From positions 17,794,001 through 17,858,000 of the forward strand of contig NC_043002.1 in NCBI RefSeq assembly GCF_006345805.1: 64,000 nucleotides of DNA. Direction: 5' to 3'. Source of the stretch: Octopus sinensis. Taxonomy: Eukaryota. Below are positions 14,464 through 24,848 of the stretch, piece by piece. A program made the translations under genes and the position numbers. Each line of letters starts with the position of its first letter. The first letter of the stretch is position 1. Below the pieces are notes generated by a model. The model was not told where the DNA came from, searched no databases, and saw only the letters and a list, made by a program, of their open reading frames with translations.

Positions 14464-15467
14464 TTACATCCATATATATGTCTATACTTGTATCTTTCTG
14501 TATAAATATGCATATGTATATATATATATATACAAATATGTAAACACACACACATGCATATATATACACTATGTATATCTGTATAAACAATTATAAATGT
14601 ATGACTATATATACATGCGTATGTATAATTATACATTTACACGTATATATTTATTCATGTGTATATATTACTTCCCATTTTCTTTTCTATTTATGTTTTT
14701 CTCTCTTTTCTTTCGCAGATAAGAGCTGAAAATAAAATGGAAAGTATATAAATCGTGAAAAACCATATCACAAAAAAATTATTTATTGCAAAGCAAACAA
14801 AAACAAAACGATATCAAAGGATGAAAAGAAAAAAAGAAAGAAACATGCGAATTGTCGCCAAAGGATATGTAAAGAAAATGGTAATAAATAAGAATGTTTC
14901 AGAGTTACTTACAATAAGAAGTCGAAAAGCGATAAATACAGAATATAAAAAAAATTTACGTTGTGCTGAAATGGATTTATAAATATTTTGGAGCGATGTA
15001 TATTTTTCATATATTTATATTATTTTCAATATAGAAATTTTTTTCTCACAAACATCACCGCTTCCATAGAATAATCTGATGCAAAATCGACAAAACTCAG
15101 AATACATTAATTGTAGATATATCTACAGATACGAGAAAGTATATTGGTAAAGATAGATTAGCGTTTTTTGGCTTCGTTAAACGATCCTTCATAGATACAA
15201 AACTATTCATATATATATATATATATAAATGCGCGTGATTCAGAGTGAGAGTATCCTTTTTTGTTTGTATCTGTATGTCTTCAGGCATACATGTTTACAA
15301 GCATAAATTGCAGAAAAGTAGTCGACAAGGTATCATTCCATTGGCTTTTCTATATAAGTTGTATTTATAAATAAATACTTGTTATAAATCTTAGTAATAT
15401 ATCAACTGATTCTTTTTTGTAGTTATTTACGTGTGCATGCATATACACATAAATCTGCGTATGCATG

Positions 15468-15513
<46 letters not shown>

Positions 15514-15599
15514 CACATAAATAAAGATACACACATATATATATAGAGAGAGAGAGAAATTCATAGAGAGAAAAAGAGTGAGGGAGAGAGCTGAATAGA

Positions 15600-15608
15600 C
15601 AGACATAC

Positions 15609-15674
<66 letters not shown>

Positions 15675-15723
15675 GTAGGTAGGTAGGTAGGTAGGTAGGT
15701 AGGTAGGTAGGTAGGTAGGTAGG

Positions 15724-15799
<76 letters not shown>

Positions 15800-15803
15800 C
15801 AGG

Positions 15804-15893
<90 letters not shown>

Positions 15894-15895
15894 TA
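15600..15895. repeat. (GATA)n-(GGTA)n-(GATA)n tetranucleotide array
   Basis: Directly visible. Confidence 0.97.
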
Positions 15896-16069
15896 TAAAT
15901 AATGGTTTGCCTAGATTAGGTATTATTCCTCGAAATAGAGTAATAACAAAATTACATGAATTGGTGAGAGAAAATCGTCTGGTGAATAACCGAAAAACAT
16001 CGTAAAATTTCGTCAAAAAAAAGTGAAGAAAAAATAATGGTGTATATATATATATATATATATATGTGC

Positions 16070-16100
<31 letters not shown>

Positions 16101-16116
16101 TGCATATATATATATG

Positions 16117-16156
<40 letters not shown>

Positions 16157-16513
16157 TAATATGAATGGAGAATCTGTAATGTATTGTAGAATTAGTCCAA
16201 CTGTTATGTATAGATATGTAGAAGCTACCTAAATGCCTGTATATATATGTATATGTACCTGGATGTGTTTGCAATTTCTATACATAGATAGACGTGTATA
16301 TGTTAGTTAACCAAATGCATTGGTGAGAATGAAATAATACTTATCGATAAAAACGCCAGATTTAGTCACCTACACAAAAACATTAACTTATGACGAATAT
16401 CAGATTACGAACACATAAACTTATCCTATACGTATCATTCAGAAACATGAATACACAAATTTCTATTCAGCTCTCCGCAATTATACGTAAACGTGTGCGC
16501 GCTCGTACATATA

Positions 16514-16932
16514 GGCGCAGGAGTGGTTGTGTGGTAAGTAGCTTGCTTACCAACCACATGGTTCCGGGTTCAGTCCCACTGCGTGGAATCTCGGGCAAGT
16601 GTCTTCTGCTATAGCCTCGGGCAAACCAAAGCCTTGTGAGTGGTTTTGATAGACAGAAACTGAAAGAAGCCTGTCGTATATATGTACGTATGTATATATG
16701 TGTGTGTGTATGTTTGTGTGTCTGTGTTTGTCCCCCTAGCATTGCTTGACAACCGATGCTGGTGTGTTTACGTCCCCGTCACTTAGCGGTTCGGCAAAAG
16801 AGACCGATAGAATAAGTACTGGGCTTACAAAGAATAAATCCTGGGGTCGATTTGCTCGACTAAAGGCGGTGCTCCAGCATGGCCGCAGTCAAATGACTGA
16901 AACAAGTAAAAGAGTAAAAGAGTAAAAAGAGT
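16514..16932 (+). mobile_element. SINE family B, full copy
   Basis: Colinear with 12694-13106. Confidence 0.93.
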
Positions 16933-17293
16933 ATATTTCGATATGTATGCATGCTTGTTTATATGAGTAATAGTTGATATTGGTTGGCTGGTTGGTTATT
17001 TTTTCTAGTTACTCCCTTTCTACTCCTGGTATGTATATCGTGTCATTGATGCGGTCACGAATGTCGACGGAAGGTGTTTGACCAAGCCGTTTGATTGAGT
17101 TACAGAACGATTGATCAAATAATCTATTAATAATTTGGTTAAATAATTATAATTAACCAATTGACTTATAATAATAAAACAAATGAAATATAACCACTGC
17201 ATGTGATTATCAGTGGCACAATGACCTTCCTGAGACACAACGAAAGCAAAGAAGATAATAAGTTTTATTTCTTATTTATTTATGCGCTCTTTT

Positions 17294-17538
17294 CAAGCCT
17301 ACCCAGGCTCATGGGACCGGTTTCCCGGTTTCTATGGCGTATGTGTTCCCCCAGTCCATCGCAGTCCATCGCAGCGTCACTCAAGAAAGCGTGAGAGAAA
17401 GCTGGGGTAAAAGAGTACAATAGGAGTCACCACCACCCCATGCCGGAGCCTCATGGAGCTTTAGGTGTTTTCGCTCAATAAACACACACAATGCCCGGTC
17501 TGGGAATCGAAACCGCGATCCTCCGACCGCGTGTCCGC
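17294..17538 (-). mobile_element. tRNA-derived SINE family C, partial
   Basis: Reverse complement has the B-box GGTTTCGATTCCCAGACCGGGC and tail AAACCGGGAAACCGG; matches 24571, 57058 and 59570. Confidence 0.85.
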
Positions 17539-18059
17539 AAATAAGTTTTATACTTATTTCCACAAATAAGTTTTATACTTAGGATAATTTAAATTGTTTT
17601 ACAATTGAAACAACTACTCTAATTATAATAATAGTAAAAAATAAGAGTAAATGTTGAAAATTATCATAACAGTTGTAGTTCTAATGATGATACGAAGTCA
17701 AAAAGAGCGCTAATGACTCAAGGCAGATATGTAATTCACCAATATGTAGGGCTATATATTAGTCAGCTGAGCCTTACTTTGGGTTGAACTGGATCTAATA
17801 GCGCAAAAGAAAAAGTTGAAGAAAGCAGGTGTGCAACTGTTCAATGCAAATGATGGTAATGTGACAGACCTTTTTATTGACTTCATGGCAAACTTCTAGA
17901 TTACCATGTAGCAGAAAAGAATTGCTGATTAGCTTTCAATGTTTTCGTTCAAGGATCGGTATAATAAAGTACCAGCCACGTACTAGGGTTAATGATATTG
18001 TGCTACTCTCGCCACTCGAAATTGTGGCTCTGTACCCACAATTCGGAACTTCTATAATG

Positions 18060-18260
18060 GCGGTCAGCTAGCAGATTTGTTAGAGCAGCGGGGAAAATAT
18101 CTTCAAAGTAGTTGTCCTGTCTCTGTAACTTTTGAGTTCAATTCCTGCTCGGGTCACGTTCGTTTTTAATCTTTCGGTCGATAAAATAAAGTACCAGTCA
18201 TGTACTTGGGTCGATGTAATCGACTTTGATTATAACTGAACTTCCTGTCCTTGTGCCAAG
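18060..18260 (+). mobile_element. Degenerate SINE family A relative
   Basis: GGCGGTCAGCTAGCAGA head and GTCGATAAAATAAAGTACCAGT..GGGTCGATGTAATCGAC body. Confidence 0.7.
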
Positions 18261-18568
18261 CTTTAAAGCAATTGCTATTTATTTATTTATTTATTTATTT
18301 TCATGGCGAGAGGCTCAGCGGCATTTTGTACGTTTTCATATTCTGGGCTTAAATTCCGCCGAGTTCTACTTCGCCCTCTTCGGGATGGAGAAAATAATTA
18401 CCAACTGGTTAATGGGGTTGTTGCAATTGGCTTCCCCACTACTAGCCTTCTGCTAGAATTTGAAATCATTACTTTTTTTTTTGCATGAAAGTCACTGAGT
18501 ATAATATGAACGAAATACAATAACAAGCAGTTGAACCAGCCTCAATAATGTGTGTATAAATATATATA

Positions 18569-18604
18569 GGCGCAGGAGTGGCTGTGTGGTAAGTAGCTTA
18601 CTAA
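18569..18604 (+). mobile_element. 5' 36 bp of a SINE family B copy, split off by the ORF1-only insertion
   Basis: GGCGCAGGAGTGGCTGTGTGGTAAGTAGCTTACTAA; the remainder resumes at 20855. Confidence 0.85.
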
Positions 18605-20854
18605 CACACATGCGCAGTTAGTCAGTTGCTTCCTGTTCAGCCAGAGTGGATGCGAGTCAACCAGCTCCGTCCAATTAAAGAAAAAAGACCAAAAACGGAA
18701 AGTTGTCGAGGTAAGTGATTTTGTTTATTGTGAGTTGGGCATAATTTATTGCGTGCCAATTATTATTTCAGTAAGTTGTGTCCAACTCTGAGACAATTTC
18801 GCCTGCTCTCGGCGGCTGCCGTTTTTGTGTTCATTGAAAAAAAAAGAAAAAACTGTGGAGGGGCGTATCCTCGGAATTCAATACAGTTACTGTTAAAATT
18901 ACCGTTGGCGGTAGCCAGTGCTGTGTTTGGGTTTGTTGAATTTATTCCCTTGTCAGAGTACTTCGCAAGAAAATTATAAAAATAAGCCACTATTGGATTA
19001 CCTTTTGGACCCATTTTTGTGGAAGTTGTGTTGCAGTTGCGGCGTTCGAAGTTCGACCCAGGCCGGGAGTACCGCAAGGCCAGAATATTTTTGCTGTGTT
19101 TTTTCTGTTTATTAACTTTCTTTTGAACTTCATTTTAACCCCCCCTTTTGTTTTTTTTCTTTATTGCGACTTTCCGTTGATTTCTTTCCTTCTATTGTGC
19201 TTTCTCCTTTTTGTTTTTTCAAAAATCTATCAAATTTTATTTGGACTTTTGAACTTTTTTCTTCTTGGTTTTTGAGTTTAATTTGAATATATTTAAAAAA
19301 AACATGGCAATGAAAAATAACAAAATTTTGGAATGGGAAATCATACCACCCAGAAAGTGGTTAAAAGACCGTGAAGATAGGACGGTGGTGTTGAGAACCT
19401 ACTCCAAGGCACTCGACACATTCGCCCTATTCGAAAAGACGGCAATTGAAAAGGAGTTGGAAGAGTATTTGCCAACAATTAAATTCATTTCCAGGGGTGT
19501 CAAATATGCAACGGTGTGGTTGCTATTTGACACCCCTGAAGAGGCTTGCAAATTTGCTAGCAAACCCCTGGAGGGTAAGGAAATCTTATTCCTGCCCACG
19601 TACAAAAAAAAAGAAATTAATGAAAGCTTGGATTTGCGGACTGCCACCCGACATAGAACCCGAGTGGATAGAGGAGACTATCCGCCGGGGTCTGGGTGGC
19701 AGCGAAACTAAGCTCCTTAATGTAAAAGTTCTTCCTGCGACTGCTTGGGTTGGGTCAAAAGCAATTTTGACCCTGTGGACCCAATCAGCCAATCTGGTTC
19801 TTCCAGATTTTTTGAAAATGGCCGGGTGCAGATACCCGGTGATGCTTGAGGGTCGCCCCCCTAAGTGTCATCGGTGCTTGGAGTCCGGCCACATAAAGAA
19901 GAACTGTCCCCGGGAACAAAATAGGATCCCGGAACAGTTAAGTAAAACCCCTCTAGAAGAGGGAATGATAACGGCCGAGAAAGCAGAGGACTCCTCAAAC
20001 AGAGGCCGAAAGAGGAAGGTGAGCAACAATGGGTGCTCACCAAAGGATAATAGGGATGAGGAGAGGAAGGCGAATCTTCCGGCCACGGAGGAGACGCACC
20101 CTCCCTCAGTTGAAAAGGAAAAAAAAAGAAAAAGAGGAAGAAAAACGGGACATTGCCGGCTGTCAGTGACATAGCACCGGAATGTCCCGGAACTACGTCG
20201 GTTGGGGTTGTGCCACCGACAAGAGAAGGAATACCGTTGGCGGGAACTGTACCGCCAACGAAAGAACTATTGGTCCTCTTCTATAGAGGAGGTGAAATTG
20301 AAAAGGTGATGGAAGAGCACCACAAGGGAGCACCTTTAGCCTTCACACAGGACCCCGAATGGCCTCCGCAGGTAGCTGTGGAGGCCGTGGAGTTTGACGT
20401 GACGCTTGGGCTAAAGGAGCTCAATGAAAATTATAACTTGGTCCCGGGCGACGCAAACTCGGAACTTGATTACGTTCTGAAGGAGGCGTGGTTGATGGTG
20501 GAGGGCGCGGGCACAAGCTATTTCGAGGACGATATGTAATTATTGAACTGTTATTATTAGTAATGGACTGCTAAGTCCAAAAATTGAAAAATTGTAAGAG
20601 GTTTAATACCTCGTGTTGTAATAATGGACTGCTAAGTCCAAAAATTGGAAAAATTGTAAGAGGTTTAATACCTCGTTTTGTGTTTATCTTTAAAAAGAAC
20701 AATGTTTTAGAGAAGCGAAAGTCGGCGGGCGCTTTTTGTCTTCTCCCATCCTTATCATCTTTCTTTCATTATCATTCACTTCATTAATGTCCTCGTCCAG
20801 CCCGCAAAGCTAACTTAATCTGTGTACTGCCTTTATGGCAAATGTTTTGAAATA
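18605..20854 (+). mobile_element. ORF1/gag-only non-autonomous non-LTR retroelement (probably Tx1/L1-mobilised)
   Basis: Flanked by AAGTAGCTT(A/G)CTAA at 18591-18604 and 20855-20868; ~700 bp 5' UTR; zinc-knuckle ORF 19304-20539; ~315 bp 3' UTR ending in AATAAA (20851-20856); no endonuclease or RT sequence. Confidence 0.8.
19304..20539 (+). CDS. Gag/ORF1-like protein (~411 aa after correcting two A-run indels): RRM-like N-terminus, CCHC knuckle, basic run, acidic C-terminal domain
   Basis: Frame 19304 (MAMKNNK..FLPTYK), +1 shift in A9 at 19604-19612, frame 19446 (KLMKAWICGLPP..EGRPPKCHRCLESGHIKKNC, knuckle 19866-19907), shift back in A9 at 20119-20127, frame 20153 to TAA at 20539. The RRM-like call is from recall of Tx1/L1 ORF1 layout. 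Confidence 0.7.
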
Positions 20855-21249
20855 AAGTAGCTTGCTAAGCAACCACATGGTTCCGGGTTCAGTCCCACTC
20901 CGTGGTATCTTGGGCAAGTGTCTTCTACTATAGCCCCGGGCTGACCAATGCTTTGTAAGTGAATTTGGTAGACGGAAACTGAAAGAAGCCTGTCGTATAT
21001 ATGTATATATTTTTATATATAAGAGTGTGTATATATGTTTGTGTGTCTGTGTTTGTCCCCCTAGCATTGCTTGACAACCGATGCTGGTGTGTTTACGTCC
21101 CCGTCACTTAGCGGTTCGGCAAAAGAGACCGACAGAATAAGTACTGGGCTTACAAAGAATAAGTCCCGGGGTCGATTTGCTCGAGTAAAGGCGGTGCTCC
21201 AGCATGGCCGCAGTCAAATGACTGAAACAAGTAAAAGAGTAAAAGAGTA
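20855..21249 (+). mobile_element. SINE family B, 3' remainder of the split copy
   Basis: Starts AAGTAGCTTGCTAAGCAACCACATGGTTCCGGG and is colinear with 12694 and 16514 to the AGTAAAAG tail. Confidence 0.93.
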
Positions 21250-21484
21250 AGAGAGAGAGAGAGCGAGCGAGCGAGACAAGATATGCTCCTATTCCATTTT
21301 CTTGGTGTTTCAAATCTCCCTTACCATCATCTGCTTCTAACTTCACAGCCATCAGAATGCAGCAAGAGAAAGAAAAAAAACCTATGGGCAATCTTTCTGT
21401 CGTTGCCTTTTTAACTTTACGGTAGACACAAAAGAAACATAACATTCTCTCTTTCCGACTTTTCTCCCTCTCCCCCTCCCCATC

Positions 21485-21527
<43 letters not shown>

Positions 21528-22324
21528 TTTCCCCTTCCCTTCTCTATCTCTGAGAAAAAAAATAAGTTCTGAAATATTTGATTTTTTCACTCCTCACTGG
21601 ATTTAACTAAATTCATTAAAATGTGCGAACACATTTTTTTTTTTTTTAATAACTGGTGAATCCATATGATTGTATTAACAGATTATCCAAGTCGTTATTT
21701 ACTGTTGCACACAATTTATATAGTAGTAAATTATCGATTTCGAGATGCTTTATAGCTGTAACTATTGCCAGCTTCATTAAACATAATTGATACTGGAGTC
21801 ACAGTTTAAATGAAACAGCGTTGCAGTAAAGAATATTGTTCTTTTTACTGGGATAAATCTGTTTTTAATTATGTTCTCTTTTCTTTTCAGTATATTGATA
21901 ACTCCTATATGACGAGATATGGTGTATATACTGGTTGAGAATTGGGTTTGGTTTGTTTATGTATATCAGTGGTCCCATTACTCACGCTCGTTGAACACTG
22001 TAGCAAATGCGAATATTTTCGTACATATTGTGCATAGAACCATAATAGTATCAAATATTTTATATTAAACTCTATAATATATTAATTGCACTAGAAAAAA
22101 TAACTGCTACTTGATGCAATGAACGAAACTAATAATCAATGAGACATATGAACAAACATTTTTTTTGCGAGTTTTCCTGTGTTTGGGCATAACCAAGGGT
22201 AGGAAGCCCCACTTCATTGCTCATTCTAATCGGCACATATACTGAGAATTAGCATTAAGGCCCTATGAGGGCAATGTGACGTAGAATAGAATGCTTTAGT
22301 GTATTTATTCTTATTTTCCGTAAT

Positions 22325-22450
22325 CTTATTTCGAATCCCACCAGACTCGACGATACTTTTCATCCCTCCGTGGTCAATAAAATGAACTACCAGTCAAGTT
22401 CTGGAGTCGATGGTGTGCACTAATACCCTCCCTTCAAAATTGTTGGCCTT
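22325..22450 (+). mobile_element. Old degenerate SINE A-type body
   Basis: TTCATCCCTCCGTGGTCAATAAAATGAACTACCAGTC..GGAGTCGATG resembles the family A body. Confidence 0.5.
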
Positions 22451-23098
22451 GATCTAAATTATAAAAAAAATTACATTAACATATTTTATTTGGAACTCAG
22501 TATATTTCAACATTTTTGTTTTTAATAAATAGTTATTACTTTCGTTGTGCATATAACAACATACTCAGAAAATGGCGACACCCTGATTGGTTGATAGTGA
22601 TTCAGAATGTCGGCAACATTCAGGCATATAGCTTTTTGGTAAACAAACCAGTAATGCTATCAACATTGCTTATTATTAAATCGATTTACCAAAATTGTTC
22701 TTTACATTCATAATTGCCTTTTGACGTTTTTCTAATATCTCATAAGATATATTGTCCACTTAAGAAGTACATGCTTACTTTTTAAGCAGTTTATATTAAT
22801 ATTTTAATAATACTTGTTTCATCGCTGTTAATAAATCATTAATAATTCAAAACTAACATTACATAGCTTATTTTAATTAAATAATTTCATTTATATTATT
22901 GATTAAATAAATAATATATTGTTTCATAAAGTATAATATGTCATTGTTTTATATATTCTTAGTAAACGTGTTATTACTCGTGTTTTTTTTTTCGTTACTT
23001 TTTTTGGTAAATTAATACAATTTTGTCTTCCACTCAGAAGTTTGTTGAATAGAAATACACACAATGTTGAATGTTGTTTTGTTATCACTTTAACCCAG

Positions 23099-23307
23099 AC
23101 GAATTGCTGCACTCATGAATTTCACTGGCTTTCAGCGACTGAGGCGATTGATGTCATTATCCCGTTCCACTTGGACAATTGAAAGTCTTCGGACAAAGGA
23201 AACACAGGTTCAAGCAAGCAAGGACTTCAAGATGTTCGACATCCTATTGAGAAAGGATTGAACGTATCGGTAAAAGGCGGGCTTGGCTAAGGGACAAAAT
23301 ATTACAG
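23099..23307 (+). other. Candidate spliced exon (209 bp) containing a 48-codon small ORF (23115-23261)
   Basis: Acceptor ..TCACTTTAACCCAG| and donor CAG|GTAAGT around non-repetitive sequence; no homology recognised. Confidence 0.3.
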
Positions 23308-24570
23308 GTAAGTGGGAAAATGAAGGAGAAGAGGCGAGTTCACAAGTGGCCGTGGCATGACACAAACCAGTTATACAGAGCAACGACGGTAAACGTAGAG
23401 TGTAGAAACAGCAGATCAGTGGGCACGATGTTTTAGTGCCTGATAGTTATTTTATATATCCTGGTGAAGTGCTTAATTACAAATAGTTATCTTTTACAAT
23501 TTCGGAAGACTTTGAAATCGCTAGGCCTTTGGCACTTAACAAGTATGACTATTTTTTAAATGTTTCTAATCATTTAAAGCTTGCTTCTATATGATTTTCA
23601 GTGTAACTGGAGGTTTTTGTTAGTTTGGTTATCTTATATTTTAATTTGTATAGTTATCAGATCTAATTGTACTGAGGTATGAACATCCGATTTGCCACCC
23701 AGTTTCTTTCTCTTGTTGTTTTGTCTTTTAATTATTCAGAAATATATTATCTACTGCGTCCCATCTCTTTTAAATCTGTATATATAATTTGAGAATCATT
23801 TGGTTGCTATTTCTAACAGAACGATTGCCAATTTAGAGCTTTCTCCTTTTATTTCAGTTATCTGATTTTTATAGATGAATACATCTAGTTTTAAGCTTTA
23901 TACAACAAATATTTGTCGATAAAAGTTATGTCATGTATACCAAGTTATTCCCCATACCAAGAGTATTTTTCATTATATTGTATTTTCTGAAAATATATTT
24001 CACACTTGCTTAGATTTTTACCGATATTCCTGCTTGCCTGATTGAAAAGTGTTACTTTCAATTTGTGACAATATATATGATATATTATCACCTTCGCAGT
24101 AAGTTTTGTGATTTAGCATACTTCTCATTCAAATTTGCCTTTAAAATATCAACAACAAGAATATAAATACCAGTATCCTATTACTAAACGTGCACAGTCC
24201 ATCAAATTGATTCTGCCATATTCTGGCACTTAAATACTTTTCCATCCTTCATTTAACACTAATCATATTGAAGGCAGAAACAAACTTCTCTTTCAAACGA
24301 AAAACGGGAGAGAATCTTTGCTGACCACGAGATGCTAGAGATTGCAATCAAATCTAACTCTAAACACACTACTGTCTCAAAATGTGGAAGACACATTGAT
24401 TAATAATACAGCTGTACGTTGGTGACTGTACTTGAAATTGTTAAGTTGGTAAGAGGTCATGGCCGTAAATAGTAAATATGTGCCTTCATACATTTGTTAT
24501 ATTTAACATTTTATATAGTCCAAGTGTACAAATTATATGTTTATACTATTAACGATAAACGTCGCACTTT

Positions 24571-24848
24571 CCAAGCCTAGCCAGGCTCAACGGCTCGGGT
24601 TCCCGGCGTATATGTTCCCTCCAGCTGGACGGGACACCAGTCCATCGCAGCGTTACTCAAGAAACAGGAAGTGAGACTGAGAGAAAGTTGTTGCGAAAGA
24701 GTACAACTGGGGTCGCCACCACCCCCTGCCGGAGCATCGTGGAGCTTTTAGGTGTTTTCGCTCGATAAACACACACAACGCCCGGTCGAAACCGCGATCT
24801 TCCGACCGCGAGTCCGCTGCCCTAACCACTGGGCCATTGCGCCTCCAC
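24571..24848 (-). mobile_element. SINE family C
   Basis: Reverse complement begins GTGGAGGCGCAATGGCCCAGTGGTTAGGGCAGCGGACTCGCGGTCGG (tRNA-like A box). Confidence 0.9.

Noticed and set aside
15561-16274. 237 aa ORF
   Set aside because: Made of (GATA)n/(GGTA)n and TG tracts; no coding signal.
18749-19115. Three overlapping 65-104 aa ORFs in the element's 5' UTR
   Set aside because: No motifs, mostly TTG/GTG starts, and expected by chance at this GC content.
19604-19612. Programmed -1 ribosomal frameshift at the A-run
   Set aside because: The required shift here is +1 (or -2), not -1; a homopolymer indel is simpler.
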